Notes: generated by a model from the sequence alone, not told the origin. DNA of 64,000 nt from a virus (IMGVR_UViG_2690315917_000002:11819-75818), one strand, 5' to 3'; shown: positions 37,357 through 47,685, numbered from the stretch's first letter. Program-made: numbers and translations.

Positions 37357-38111
37357 GGCAGGGGCCTCGCGGTTTCCATGGCCTTTTCCAGCTCGCGCTT
37401 CAGGAAGAACGGCATCAGCCGCTTCCAGGTGTCCTCGGCCATGCCGAAGATGTCGTAGCGCGGCGTGTAGGCGGCGGTGTTGGTGAAGATGAAGATGGAT
37501 CGGACACCCGATCCTCGTCCGATTCGCTCATAGATGCCCGGGCGCAGCACGCCACGGCGCTTGGTGATCACGAAGTACTCGCCATCACGGTTGTTGCCTT
37601 TGCCCCGTCGCCGCTTCCGGCTGACACTGGTCTCGTTCTGGTACCGGTCCCGCTGGGCGCCCAGCTGCGACAGGATTTTGGTCACCTGGCCGGCCGGAAC
37701 GTTGCCGTACTGGTTCGCCTGAGCGCCCCGACCCATCACCGCAAACTGCGTCGGCGACAACAGGCCTCGGCTCTGCAGCAGCCGCTCGAAGCCCTTCCGG
37801 CGGCGCTGACCACCATCCACCTCGGCAAGCAGGTACTTCGCCGGCGGCGTGCCCTTGAAGGCCTCGTCCCGGAGGTAGATTTCGGCGTACGGCTGGGCCT
37901 TGGTGGCCTTGCGGTACATCGCTGCGTTGACTGTCAGCGGCGTGGGCCGGTCGAACACCCGCGGCGCCTGGCGCTTCCAGCGCTCGCGGATCTCGTAGGC
38001 CACCTTGTTGGCGGCCTGCGATGCAGCGTAGGGCAGCTGGGACTGCTCAAGCTCGGTCAGTTGTCGCCCGAAGACGTTGTCGGGGTCGACCCCGATCCTG
38101 ATCTGGGCCAT
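37353..38111 (-). CDS. Neck/tail completion protein
   Basis: Basic protein, QLPYA...FDRPTP.T motif; position. Confidence 0.6.
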   Translation of the reverse strand: MAQIRIGVDPDNVFGRQLTELEQSQLPYAASQAANKVAYEIRERWKRQAPRVFDRPTPLTVNAAMYRKATKAQPYAEIYLRDEAFKGTPPAKYLLAEVDGGQRRRKGFERLLQSRGLLSPTQFAVMGRGAQANQYGNVPAGQVTKILSQLGAQRDRYQNETSVSRKRRRGKGNNRDGEYFVITKRRGVLRPGIYERIGRGSGVRSIFIFTNTAAYTPRYDIFGMAEDTWKRLMPFFLKRELEKAMETARPLP

Positions 38112-38156
38112 ACACCCTCCAGCCTGGCCCGCCGGAGCGGGCCAGGCACTGTTGGC

Positions 38157-39158
38157 TTACTTCGCGCCGGCCTTCAGGCGGATCACCGCGTCCGGTCGGG
38201 TGTTGATGTTGAGCGGGTTGGACTGGCTTTCCAGCTGGATGCCCTTGTTCATGCGCATCGGGGCGGTCTTGGTGTAGTACGGCAGGCCGATGCCGCGCAC
38301 CGTTTCCAGATAGTCCGCCGGCGCGAAGCGGGTCAGGAACATGTCCGGCACACCCAGCGGGAAGGCGATCGCTTCGCCATCGGCCAGGGCCAGATCGCCG
38401 CCGGTATTGCCCTGCAGCTCTTCGAAGGTGATATCACCGAACACGAAGCCCTTGCGGACGTCATCGCGCAGCGCGGCACCGTCCTGCCAGCGCTCGTAGG
38501 CCTTCTGGACGTCCGGGTGGTCGGTCAGGGCATCGAAGAAGCCGGCGCTGCAGAACACATGGATGCCGGTGTACGGAATGCCACCCAGCTTTTCCTCGAT
38601 TGCGCGCTTGATGGCCATGCACTTGGCGCGGACCTTGGTGGCGTCCTTGTTCAGCTCCATGCCGATGACGATCTGGCTGACACCGAATTCCTCGTAGAAG
38701 TCGATGATCACCGATCCGTCGGCATCGAGCAGCTTGCCCTGCAGCGCGCCCATACGGTGGTATTCGATGGTGAAGTCCAGGTCGCGCTTGTGCACCGCCT
38801 GCAGCGCGTTGACCACGGCGGCAACGTTGGCGCCTTCCGGGTCGGCCGGGTCATAAACGCCCAGCAGCTGGTCAGCCATGACCGTCGAGTTCTGCGGCAG
38901 GTGGGTGGTTTCCAGCAGCTTCACCTTGCCACGCTCCAGCCCCTTGGGCTGGCCGGGCGCACCGCGTGGAACGTTCGGGACCAGCACCAGCTTGGTGCCC
39001 TTGATACCCACCTTGACGATGGTGGTGCCGACCAGGCCATCTTCCTGGAACAGGCGCATGTCGGCCAGCCGCGTGGAGATGCGCGGCAGGTTGTTGATGT
39101 AGGCGTTCAGGGCGTCGAAGCTCAGCACGCCCAGAGCCAGAAGGGTCTGCAGATCCAT
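38157..39158 (-). CDS. Major capsid protein (lambda gpE family)
   Basis: T.EYHRMGALQG...DADG; ESQSNPL....RP. Confidence 0.92.
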   Translation of the reverse strand: MDLQTLLALGVLSFDALNAYINNLPRISTRLADMRLFQEDGLVGTTIVKVGIKGTKLVLVPNVPRGAPGQPKGLERGKVKLLETTHLPQNSTVMADQLLGVYDPADPEGANVAAVVNALQAVHKRDLDFTIEYHRMGALQGKLLDADGSVIIDFYEEFGVSQIVIGMELNKDATKVRAKCMAIKRAIEEKLGGIPYTGIHVFCSAGFFDALTDHPDVQKAYERWQDGAALRDDVRKGFVFGDITFEELQGNTGGDLALADGEAIAFPLGVPDMFLTRFAPADYLETVRGIGLPYYTKTAPMRMNKGIQLESQSNPLNINTRPDAVIRLKAGAK

Positions 39159-39186
39159 GGTGATTTCTCTCTTGGAATGGGATACG

Positions 39187-39210
39187 AAAAGGCCCCGCGA
39201 AAGCGGGGCC
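39187..39210 (-). terminator. Hairpin with short T-run between decoration and capsid genes
   Basis: GGCCCCGC-TTTC-GCGGGGCC-TTTT. Confidence 0.5.
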
Positions 39211-39245
39211 AGGGGTCAGCGGGTGAAGAGGGAGCTGCTCGGCGG

Positions 39246-39935
39246 TCAGCCGCCGGCAGCGGCTGCGATGGTGATGGTGTCGCTGATGGCTTCGCCCAGG
39301 TCGGTGGCCGTCACCTTGAGGGTGTAGTCGCCCGCTGCGCTCAGCGTCGCGGCATCCCAGGTGATGACGCCGCCCACGGCTGCCTTTGCACCGCCGCCGG
39401 CCAGGTTTCCGGTGCCGCTGGCCTTGGCCAGAGTGGCGCTGACGGTGCTGCCGGTGACCAGGGCACCAAAGACGTCCTTGACGTGTACCACGATCGGGCC
39501 CAGCGCAACCCCGGCGGTGCCGGTCAGCGGTTCGGACACGAACACCAGGTGATCGGCTGCGTTCGACGCGATCGGCTGCTGGGTCCAGCGGGTGATGATT
39601 CCCGACTCGGCCAGGCTCAGCGCGGCCAGCAACTTCTGATCGTCGGTAACGCCGTCAGCCCAGACCAGCTTTTCGCCAAAGACCTCTGCATCGCGTGCGA
39701 TCGCTGCGCCCTTCACCGGCAGCTCGCCAATGTTCGCACCGGTATCCACCGGGCCGTAGAGCACCTTCACTGCGTCGGCACCGTTGGCGGCCACGGTATT
39801 GTCGGCCTTGAGCAGGGTGCCGGCGGCCAGCATGCCCTGCCCGGCCGGCAGACGGATCAGTTCGCGGCTGCGCTCGCCGCCTGCTTCGGACAGCAGGAAT
39901 TCGCCGGTGCGGGTGCCGGCCAGAGAGATTTCCAT
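39246..39935 (-). CDS. Head decoration protein (gpD-like) with C-terminal Ig-like domain
   Basis: EFLLSEA.G.RSRE N-terminus; HLVF...P...V.VKD.FG...G.YTL.VT C-terminus. Confidence 0.8.
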   Translation of the reverse strand: MEISLAGTRTGEFLLSEAGGERSRELIRLPAGQGMLAAGTLLKADNTVAANGADAVKVLYGPVDTGANIGELPVKGAAIARDAEVFGEKLVWADGVTDDQKLLAALSLAESGIITRWTQQPIASNAADHLVFVSEPLTGTAGVALGPIVVHVKDVFGALVTGSTVSATLAKASGTGNLAGGGAKAAVGGVITWDAATLSAAGDYTLKVTATDLGEAISDTITIAAAAGG

Positions 39936-39937
39936 CG

Positions 39938-41305
39938 TCAGTTACCTCGGTTTTTGTAGATGTTGTTGGGGTTCAGCTGCGCCTTCATTTCGGCGGCTCG
40001 TTGATCGGCCATGGAGGCCGGGTGTGCGGTGATGACCTGAGTACTCCGGCCCTCTTCCGCCTTCATCGACAACAGCTGTGCACGCACCGTGTCGAGGTCG
40101 GTGTTCTTCTCGATGAAGCTGGCCGCGATCGTGTCATCGCCACGCAGTGCGGCCGCGCATGCATCCTGGACTGCGGTCGCGTACTCGATCGCGCTTGCCG
40201 CCTGCTCACCCTGCGGCATCGGGCGACGCAGCAATGCCACAGCGAGCGCCGGCGGAAGATCGCTGGAAGCGACCGCGGCAGCCAGCGCGGCTGCCGGGTT
40301 CTCCGAGACGGCTGCCGGCGGCGCGAGTGCGGCCTCGGGTGCCAACGGCGTTGCCGCTGCCTCCGGCTCGTCGTCCGGATCCGGGCCGCCCGGCGCGGGC
40401 GGCGGTGCCGCTTCGGCCGCGCCGAGGTGCGCGATCAGGTCGTGCCAGGTGCCGAGCCGGGTAGCAAAACCCACCGCCACAGCGGCCTGGCCGCGGTAGC
40501 AGGCCGCCTCGGTGGCGCGCACCGCTTCGGCTTGCATGTCGAGGTTGCGCGCCACGGTATCGACGAACAGCGTGTACATGTCCTCCAGATCCGCCATTGC
40601 CTCTGCGTGCGCTTCCTCGCTGAGGGGGAAGTTGGGGTTGAAGTCGACCTTGCGGGCACCTGCGAAAAGCGGGGTGACCTTCAGGCCGATCTGTGCGTTG
40701 TTGCCACTCCAGTCATGGTGGAAGCGGACCACGCCTACCGACCCGACACCGCCGGTGCGGCTGATCCAGATCTCGTCGCAGGCAGAAGCGAGGGCGAAGC
40801 CGGCGGAGTACGCATGGTCATCGACCAGCGCATACACCGGCTTCCGGCCACGCGCCTCGAAGATGTGGTCGACCAGGTCAAAGCAGCCAGACGCCATGCC
40901 GCCCGGCGTGTCCAGTCGGAGGATGATGGAGGTCACCGCATCGTCGTTGAGCAGTTCATCGAAGGTGTCGCGCACCGCGGCATAGCTCACCGGACCTGGG
41001 CCGCTGGCGCCGGGCATCGGCCGGTTGACCATTGCACCGGACAGGTTGATCACACCGATCAGTTTCTGGGCGACGCCCACCGGCTGCCCGTCGGCGCCGG
41101 ACACTTCGAAGCGGTCGGCCTTCAGCACGCTGTCGTCGCTGGTGACCTTCCCTTCCAGATAGCCGCCCACCAGTGCCTCGCCGATGGTCGGCTGCACCAG
41201 CAACGGCTGATTGAGGACCGCGGCCGCGAGCGAGGCCACCACAGGCGCACGGCTGCCGCGACCCAGCATTCGGGCCAAGAGGCCAGGCTTACTCGTCATC
41301 GTCAT
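39938..41305 (-). CDS. S49 prohead protease/scaffold (gpC/Nu3-like)
   Basis: LDTPGG, AYSAGFALAS, GSVGV. Confidence 0.92.
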   Translation of the reverse strand: MTMTSKPGLLARMLGRGSRAPVVASLAAAVLNQPLLVQPTIGEALVGGYLEGKVTSDDSVLKADRFEVSGADGQPVGVAQKLIGVINLSGAMVNRPMPGASGPGPVSYAAVRDTFDELLNDDAVTSIILRLDTPGGMASGCFDLVDHIFEARGRKPVYALVDDHAYSAGFALASACDEIWISRTGGVGSVGVVRFHHDWSGNNAQIGLKVTPLFAGARKVDFNPNFPLSEEAHAEAMADLEDMYTLFVDTVARNLDMQAEAVRATEAACYRGQAAVAVGFATRLGTWHDLIAHLGAAEAAPPPAPGGPDPDDEPEAAATPLAPEAALAPPAAVSENPAAALAAAVASSDLPPALAVALLRRPMPQGEQAASAIEYATAVQDACAAALRGDDTIAASFIEKNTDLDTVRAQLLSMKAEEGRSTQVITAHPASMADQRAAEMKAQLNPNNIYKNRGN

Positions 41306-42770
41306 TCCCTTCATCGTTGTTGGCGCCAGGGGCGCCGGGTTTGTCGTCCTGCCGGGCACCGGAGGCGTTCGTACGCCTCGGGTCGCTGTCGTAGCGAAGC
41401 CCGGCCGCGTCTGCGCGCTCGTTGTCCAGCGCCTGCTCAGCGTCGACCTGTTCGGGATCCTCGCCAGCGCCCAGCACCACCTTGCTGCGTGATTTGAAGC
41501 CCGCCCGCACAGCCTTGAGTTCGGACGTCACGTCCTGCACCGGGTGGCTCCACGGCCAACCCTCGGGCACCCACAGGGTTTCGGTCACGTCGTCGCGAAG
41601 GGCCGCATACCGTGGCACCTTCAACAGACCAGCCAGCACCGCCTGATCAATGAAGGCGTCGCGAACCTTCTGGCAGAACATGGGGATCATGTAGAGCCAC
41701 TGGTCCTGCTCGATGACACGGCGGAACTCGTTGAGGATCAGGCGCAGCGCGCGGTCGGAGACGTTGCGCAGGTCGCCGGTGAGCACCTCGTAGGGCACGT
41801 CCTGGCTGGCGCAGATCGCCAGCAGGTGACCGCGCAAGAACTCCGCATAGTCAGAGCCGGCACTGGGCGGATTGGCGAAGTCGATTTTCCGACCTGGTGG
41901 CAGCTCCTGCAGCGTGCCGGGTTCCAGGCCACCGATGGCCGTTCCATCGGCGTCCTCACCGGTGATCAGATCTCCGACGGCGTCGCCCTCGTCGCCATCA
42001 GCGCTGGCATCTGATGTGATGAAGCCTGCGAACAGGTTGGCCAGCGCCTGCCGTTCCAGCACCGCGTCATCGAGGCGGTCCAGGTTGAACATGCGCAACA
42101 GAGCCGGAGCGGAGCGTGGTACGCCCCGCATCGCACCGGCACGGCTCGGCCGGAAGAGGTGCAGCACCTGCTCCGCAGGCACACGCACCAACTCGTTGCC
42201 GTTGACGGTCTGCTGCAGATCCCCGGGATGTTCCCGGTACATCCAGTAGGCCACGCGGCGCCCGATGCGATCGACCTCAATGCCTTGTCGAATCGCGTTT
42301 CCGTTGCTGGCCACGCCGTTGTAGTGCTGCGGGCACTGCTCCGATTCGATCAGCTGCACCTGAAGCGGCACCGGCAAGCCGTCCTCGGGCCGCCGGTAGC
42401 GGAGCCGGGCGAACACCTCGCCGGCTTCGTTCCACTCGCGCCAGGACAGCGCCTGCAGGCCCTCCCAGCCCAGCACGCCGTCTGCATCAGCGTACTTGCC
42501 CCAGCGGGTCCACAGCTTGGTGAGCTTCTTCTTGTGCTCCTTCGACCCCCAAACTGGCTTTGCCTGGATGCCCGTGGCGATGCCGTTGGATACGCTCTTG
42601 TTGAGCGCACTGACCATCCACGGGTCATTGCGGGCCAGATGCCGTGCCCGGGCCAGCAATGTGGACAGGCCCGTCAATGCGGCGTTGGGCCCGAGCGAGG
42701 TCGGCCGGAAAGTGCGCAGGCGTCGGCCATTGCCGGCGGCGCGGTAAGGGCCTTCGGCGATATCAGACAT
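41289..42770 (-). CDS. Portal protein (lambda gpB family)
   Basis: RARHLARND, GEVF, RGVP, YE.LTGD. Confidence 0.95.
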   Translation of the reverse strand: MSDIAEGPYRAAGNGRRLRTFRPTSLGPNAALTGLSTLLARARHLARNDPWMVSALNKSVSNGIATGIQAKPVWGSKEHKKKLTKLWTRWGKYADADGVLGWEGLQALSWREWNEAGEVFARLRYRRPEDGLPVPLQVQLIESEQCPQHYNGVASNGNAIRQGIEVDRIGRRVAYWMYREHPGDLQQTVNGNELVRVPAEQVLHLFRPSRAGAMRGVPRSAPALLRMFNLDRLDDAVLERQALANLFAGFITSDASADGDEGDAVGDLITGEDADGTAIGGLEPGTLQELPPGRKIDFANPPSAGSDYAEFLRGHLLAICASQDVPYEVLTGDLRNVSDRALRLILNEFRRVIEQDQWLYMIPMFCQKVRDAFIDQAVLAGLLKVPRYAALRDDVTETLWVPEGWPWSHPVQDVTSELKAVRAGFKSRSKVVLGAGEDPEQVDAEQALDNERADAAGLRYDSDPRRTNASGARQDDKPGAPGANNDEGNDDDE

Positions 42771-42978
42771 TTCCGGTCCCCGACTGGTAGAGGCGCACGA
42801 TGCGGCGGCGCCGTGGCGCGCCTGATGCTTGGCCAATCTCGTCCCGCATCTGCTTCAGCAGCCGCCGCATCGAGTCCAGGCTTTGGTAGGTCACAGTTCG
42901 GTCGGCGTAGCGGACGCTCAGGACGCCCGCCGAGATAGCTGCCTCCAGCTTCGCGACCTGTTCTTTGGTAAATGCCAT
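42763..42978 (-). CDS. Head completion protein (gpW-like)
   Basis: LEAAI..G..SV.Y.DRTV.Y.S. Confidence 0.85.
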   Translation of the reverse strand: MAFTKEQVAKLEAAISAGVLSVRYADRTVTYQSLDSMRRLLKQMRDEIGQASGAPRRRRIVRLYQSGTGNV

Positions 42979-42979
42979 A

Positions 42980-45067
42980 TCAGCGTCCCAGGTACTTGCT
43001 TCGGATGACGCGGCGGGTTCGCGTGCGTGGCGTTGGCGCCGGCGCGACGTCGTCTGCCCTCACGTCTGGGTTGTCGTCCCACGGCGCGGCCCATGCCGGC
43101 GGCGCGGTCCAGTTGATGGCCGGAACCTTCAGCCACAGCGCCATGCCTTCGGCATAGCCGCACAGGTCGAAGGCTTCGTTGCGGCGCTTGGCCAAGTTTT
43201 CCCAGCCTCGTGCCGTCCTCGATTCGGCCGTCAGCTCCGCGTAGAACGCCTCGGGCAGCCAGTCGGGAAAGTGGTAGTAGCCGGGCCCGGGCTCGGCCCG
43301 CTTGATGTTGGCGTCCACCGTGTCCTTCAGTCGGTCCACGTTGAGCAGCAGCTGCGGCACATCGCCCTTCGACCCTGATTTGCGGTCCCGGCGCTTGCTG
43401 CTGTCCGGGAAGGTCTCCCGGAACAGCCCACCCTCGCGGCGCGCGTCGCCCTTGATCAGCCTGACCCTGGCGTGCAGCTTCCTGGCCTTAAGCGAACGCC
43501 AGAACTCCAGCGCGCGCACCGAGGTGCCCGACTTGCCGCCCCAGTCGATACCCACTGCATGCACCGGCATGCTGCGGCCGGTGGCATCGTCCAGCGGGTA
43601 GCGCCGGCAGATGACCTTCTCGACCAGGCGTTCCCAGTCTTCCAGGTACTTCGGCGGGTCCAGTGGCAGGAAGCCGCCCGAACCGTCCTCCCGCTTGGAG
43701 GTGCGCAGGGTGAAGGAATCGACCACCCAGCGCTCCAGTTGCCCGGATTCCCCGATGCCGAAGCCCAGCACCAGCACGACGAACCGGTTGGCCTGGACGT
43801 CGACCTCACCGAGCAGGAAACGCACGCCCGCTGGCACAGCACCCGCAGGCCAGACCTCGGCCCGCTCCTGCATCTCGTTCGGATCACTGGCAGAGCGCGC
43901 TGCCATCGGCACGTAGTTGATCGCGCCGTCGACGTTGTGCGTGGTCTTCAGCGGCCGCTCTTCACCGGTGGTGGCGAACGTCCGCAGCGCCTGGAAGTAG
44001 CGCTCGATCAGCGATTCCCAGGACTGGTAGGCGGCTGCAACACCACCCAGCCAGTAGCTGGCGATGCGCGCTTCCGGCCTTTCACCGGTGACCGTTCCGT
44101 CGGCGTGCACGACCTGGCCCTCCGCAGCCCACACTCCGCTGCGGTTCATCCCGTCCTTCCACCGGTGCTGCAGGCCCACACCGCAGTGCGGACAGTGCAG
44201 CAGCGAGTAGTGCCGCGCCATCTTCTGCACGTCGTCCAGCACGACCCGTTCGAGCAGTTCCTCCATCGGCGGCAGCGCGAAGCCGTCATAGCCTGGCGCT
44301 GCCTGAAACCGCTCGCCGCATTCCGGGCATGGCCAGTACCAGCGTCGGCGATCGCCGCGCGCGTACAGCGCCGCGATGCCGGCCGCCGGCGGGCCTTGGT
44401 GTGGGTGCAGAGGCTTCCACGCACCGTCGGCGTAGTCGGTTGCCGGGCTCGATTCGGCCACCACCATGCCGGCGGACATGTAGGTCTGCGTGCGCTTCAG
44501 GCCAAGGCCGAAGCACTCGTCGATAGTCAGGTCGCCGGTGTAGTTGTCCACATCCGTCATCAGGACGTCGTGGATGTCCTTGCCCGACAGCACCGACACC
44601 GACGGCCAGCCCATGCGCAACGACATTCCCGACCGGAAGAACTTCAGCAGGATGTTGTCGTCGTGAGCCCGCGGGCTCAGCCTGGAGCGCAGCTCCGGGC
44701 TGGCGGCGATGCTGCGGGCGATACGGGTCTTGCTGTAGTCCTCGGCCGCATCCTTGGACATCTGCACAACCATGGCGTCGGCCGGGTTGCAGGTGATCAG
44801 GTAGGCCAGGCGCGCATCGATCAGCGAGATGGTCTTGCCAGACCGCGCCGGCCCTACGAACACCACCGCCTCGTAGTGGCGGCTACCGGTCGTGTCCAGC
44901 GGCTCGACCATGTAGGGCGTCGTGTCCGGATCCCAAGATCCGGCGGCGCCGGCGGCATTGGCCACCTGCAGCACGCGCGCTCCCTCGCTCACCCTAATGC
45001 GGCGCGGCGGCCGGATCATCTCGGCAACGCCTTGGCGCACGCTACGCGCTGTCGCGTACGTCGTCAT
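42980..45067 (-). CDS. Terminase large subunit (gpA family)
   Basis: TPYM.EP, ARSGKT, CPECG/CPHCG, DVQ, RNEAFD. Confidence 0.96.
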   Translation of the reverse strand: MTTYATARSVRQGVAEMIRPPRRIRVSEGARVLQVANAAGAAGSWDPDTTPYMVEPLDTTGSRHYEAVVFVGPARSGKTISLIDARLAYLITCNPADAMVVQMSKDAAEDYSKTRIARSIAASPELRSRLSPRAHDDNILLKFFRSGMSLRMGWPSVSVLSGKDIHDVLMTDVDNYTGDLTIDECFGLGLKRTQTYMSAGMVVAESSPATDYADGAWKPLHPHQGPPAAGIAALYARGDRRRWYWPCPECGERFQAAPGYDGFALPPMEELLERVVLDDVQKMARHYSLLHCPHCGVGLQHRWKDGMNRSGVWAAEGQVVHADGTVTGERPEARIASYWLGGVAAAYQSWESLIERYFQALRTFATTGEERPLKTTHNVDGAINYVPMAARSASDPNEMQERAEVWPAGAVPAGVRFLLGEVDVQANRFVVLVLGFGIGESGQLERWVVDSFTLRTSKREDGSGGFLPLDPPKYLEDWERLVEKVICRRYPLDDATGRSMPVHAVGIDWGGKSGTSVRALEFWRSLKARKLHARVRLIKGDARREGGLFRETFPDSSKRRDRKSGSKGDVPQLLLNVDRLKDTVDANIKRAEPGPGYYHFPDWLPEAFYAELTAESRTARGWENLAKRRNEAFDLCGYAEGMALWLKVPAINWTAPPAWAAPWDDNPDVRADDVAPAPTPRTRTRRVIRSKYLGR

Positions 45068-45545
45068 CGGTGATGCCCTCGTACATGGATTGCCGGACGC
45101 GATCGCACTCGTCCTGCACCTTGACCACCTGCTCCGGCGTGAGCCCGGCCTTGCGCTCGAGCACGTCAGGAAGCGTGTCGAAGAACTGCACGACCTTCTT
45201 CACCAGCTCGGCGTAGTCGGCCTCGACCTCTGCGGCCGGCACCAGCTGCCCGATGGTCGACTCGACCTTCAGGCGCTCGTTCTCCGACTGGTAGTAGGCG
45301 CGGCGCTCCATCGGCGGCAGGTCGCGCGGATCGACCACGCCCTCCGCGCCGAACGCCGCGGCACCCGGGTTCACCAGCGCCGGTGCTGCATCGGCCAGAC
45401 GATAAACGTCGTGCCCAGCGCGCTTGGTCAGCGGCGGGACGCCGGCCTCCTTCAGCCGCTTGCTGGCCGTTCGGCGGTCCATTCCGAACTCATCCGCCAG
45501 CCTGGCCACGGACCAGCCCTTGGTGAATTCGTGGATGTCGGCCAT
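45042..45545 (-). CDS. Terminase small subunit (DUF1441-like)
   Basis: N-terminal HTH, ERRAYYQSENERLK, LPDVLER. Confidence 0.88.
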   Translation of the reverse strand: MADIHEFTKGWSVARLADEFGMDRRTASKRLKEAGVPPLTKRAGHDVYRLADAAPALVNPGAAAFGAEGVVDPRDLPPMERRAYYQSENERLKVESTIGQLVPAAEVEADYAELVKKVVQFFDTLPDVLERKAGLTPEQVVKVQDECDRVRQSMYEGITDDDVRDSA

Positions 45546-45559
45546 GTGCTACCCGATGC

Positions 45560-45735
45560 GCAACCTATTCAGCTATGAAAATTGGGTTTCTCCCGGGAAA
45601 ACCCGCCAAAACCGTGCCCTGTGGTGGAGCACCATAGAGGCCGAAAAACTGTCTTTGACCGGGGTCCGAATTCCCCCCGGTTGGTGTGGATAAGCCCCGG
45701 GGCCCCCGTCCGCCGTGAAACGCGCGCGTGAAACG
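45560..45735. other. Probable cos/packaging region
   Basis: Non-coding gap upstream of the small terminase; cut site not identified. Confidence 0.5.
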
Positions 45736-45738
45736 GCC

Positions 45739-46026
45739 TCAGCCGCCGCCCGCGCCGTCCCCTGCCGGCTTCCCCTGCACCTGGTCGATGGCGTCGAGCT
45801 GCGCCTCGTACTGCAGCAGGCAACGCTTCCGGCCGTTGCTCACCTCGAACACGGCAGACGGCTCCGCCTCCTTCTCCCACTTGCAGCGCTTGCGCAGCTG
45901 GCCATCGATCGGCACGTAGGTGGCCACCGGGATTGTGATGACGGCTGCCGGCGGCGGGTTCGGCTGGACCGGCGCGGCCTGGCAGGCGGCCAGCAGCGCA
46001 GCGGATGTAACGACGATGACGCGCAT
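45739..46026 (-). CDS. o-spanin lipoprotein
   Basis: Lipobox LLAAC, Pro-rich. Confidence 0.8.
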   Translation of the reverse strand: MRVIVVTSAALLAACQAAPVQPNPPPAAVITIPVATYVPIDGQLRKRCKWEKEAEPSAVFEVSNGRKRCLLQYEAQLDAIDQVQGKPAGDGAGGG

Positions 46027-46027
46027 G

Positions 46028-46510
46028 TCAGTACCCCTTTAGTGCCGGGCAGGCGGAATCGAGCAGCTCCAGTGCCGCCTTGCAGGTGTCAGGCCGTTGT
46101 TCGTAGCGGCCGCGCCAAGTTGAAGCCTCCTTCTCGGACGCCTCGATCTTGCCGGCCAGCTCCTGAAGTGCTGCCGCGCTCTCTGCCTTGAGCGCTTCCA
46201 GCTTCTCGGCTTCGGCCCTCAGTGCGGCGGCGACCTCAGCCAAACGCTGATCGCGGCTGTCCACGTCGGCCTGCAGTCGGGCGGCATCAGCCTGCCAGTC
46301 GGCACGTACCTTGATCACCTGGGCGCTCAGGTCGCGGATCTTCTGTTCCTTCTCCCAGGCAGTAAGCCCGGACACCATGCAGCCGAAGGCCAGCACCGCG
46401 CACACCAGCTTGACCTTGCTGCCGGGCTTGCCCAGCCACTGCAGCGCGTCGGCAGCGGCGCCAACGACCAGCGTCCACAGCGCGCGAAAGAAACGAATCA
46501 GTACGCTCAT
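46028..46510 (-). CDS. i-spanin
   Basis: N-terminal TM plus coiled coil. Confidence 0.75.
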   Translation of the reverse strand: MSVLIRFFRALWTLVVGAAADALQWLGKPGSKVKLVCAVLAFGCMVSGLTAWEKEQKIRDLSAQVIKVRADWQADAARLQADVDSRDQRLAEVAAALRAEAEKLEALKAESAAALQELAGKIEASEKEASTWRGRYEQRPDTCKAALELLDSACPALKGY

Positions 46511-46962
46511 GGCTTATCGCCTCCGATGGCGCCGGTGGCCCGCTCCACCATGCGCACGTAGCCGGGCAACAGCCGGCGGATCAGGACGCCGGACAGGCCG
46601 GCCAAGGGCAGCTGCGGGGCGCCCGCCAGCGCCGGCCAGATGGACGCGGCAACCGCGATGACCCATGCGGCCACGATGGCGTAGGCGACGACCGCCACAG
46701 CCAAGGCAGCCCAGCGCGCGGCGGTCTGCAGGAGGCGATGGCCGCGCCGGCGGCTGGCGTCAGCGGCTACCCGCTCCGCGTCCTTCTCTGGCAGTAGCAG
46801 GACGCCGATCAGCGCTCCCGCCATGGCAACTAACAGCACGGACTGCGGTACGCCGAGGATCACCCGTTCGGCCTCCCGCAGCGCATCAGCCGTTGCCGGC
46901 GCCACAACAGCCGCAGTGAACGTCCCGACGATGGTTTTCAGTGTGCTCACGGGCTCAGTCAC
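46507..46962 (-). CDS. Putative holin
   Basis: Multiple TM segments within lysis cassette. Confidence 0.7.
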   Translation of the reverse strand: MTEPVSTLKTIVGTFTAAVVAPATADALREAERVILGVPQSVLLVAMAGALIGVLLLPEKDAERVAADASRRRGHRLLQTAARWAALAVAVVAYAIVAAWVIAVAASIWPALAGAPQLPLAGLSGVLIRRLLPGYVRMVERATGAIGGDKP

Positions 46963-47447
46963 GGCACCACCGTCCCGCCGGCCTTGCGGTACACGGCCAA
47001 CAGGTCGGCAATCTTGTGTTCGTGCTGGCCGTAACCAGCGCCCGGCAGGCTGGCCCAGATGTTGCTGACCGCCTTGATGGCTTCCCGGATCTTGCCCGCC
47101 TGGATCAGCGGCAGCGCGCGGCGCTCACGGATCTGCTGCAGCGCAATCAGATCCTGGCTCAAGGGCAAAAAGTCCTTGAGACCGAGCGTCTTCTTGTACG
47201 CGTCGTAGTAGCGGCGCAGCAGCTGGTACCGGCCGGCTGCGGTTGACTGGATCTTGAGCTTCGGCAGGTCCACCAGCACGCGAGGATGGTCAGCGTAGCC
47301 CCGGAACAAGCCACCACCGACCAGCACGTCGTAGCCGCGGTCGTTCGTGGGCTGCCTGCCGTTGTCCGTCCCTTCGGACCAGGCCAGCATGTCGAGAAAG
47401 GCCACGACGTTCACGCCGCCAGCCAGATGGGGAGTGATCTGCGTCAT
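46959..47447 (-). CDS. Lambda R-type endolysin (transglycosylase)
   Basis: AFLDMLAWSEGT, STAAGRYQ, WASLPGAGYGQ. Confidence 0.96.
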   Translation of the reverse strand: MTQITPHLAGGVNVVAFLDMLAWSEGTDNGRQPTNDRGYDVLVGGGLFRGYADHPRVLVDLPKLKIQSTAAGRYQLLRRYYDAYKKTLGLKDFLPLSQDLIALQQIRERRALPLIQAGKIREAIKAVSNIWASLPGAGYGQHEHKIADLLAVYRKAGGTVVP

Positions 47448-47600
47448 TTCGGTTCCTGCAGAGGTTCAGCCCCGCCCCATAGGCAGAGCACGGGTCCCAG
47501 CCAGACCCGATGCCCGGCTAGGTTGTATAGATGAGCTCGCTCCGCGCAACGTTCGCGCCGCCGCCAACGGTGTAGCGGATCAGCACACTGACGCGAGTGA

Positions 47601-47685
47601 TGGTGGGGCGACGTGGAGTCGAACCACGCGAGTCACAGACGCCGGATTTACAGTCCGGCCCAGCGCCCATCTGGCAACCCGCCCC
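47601..47685 (-). tRNA. Phage tRNA-Tyr (GTA) with atypical D-arm
   Basis: Acceptor GGGGCGG/TCGCCCC-ACCA, anticodon arm CCGGA-CTGTAAA-TCCGG, long variable arm, T-arm CGTGG-TTCGACT-CCACG. Confidence 0.8.
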
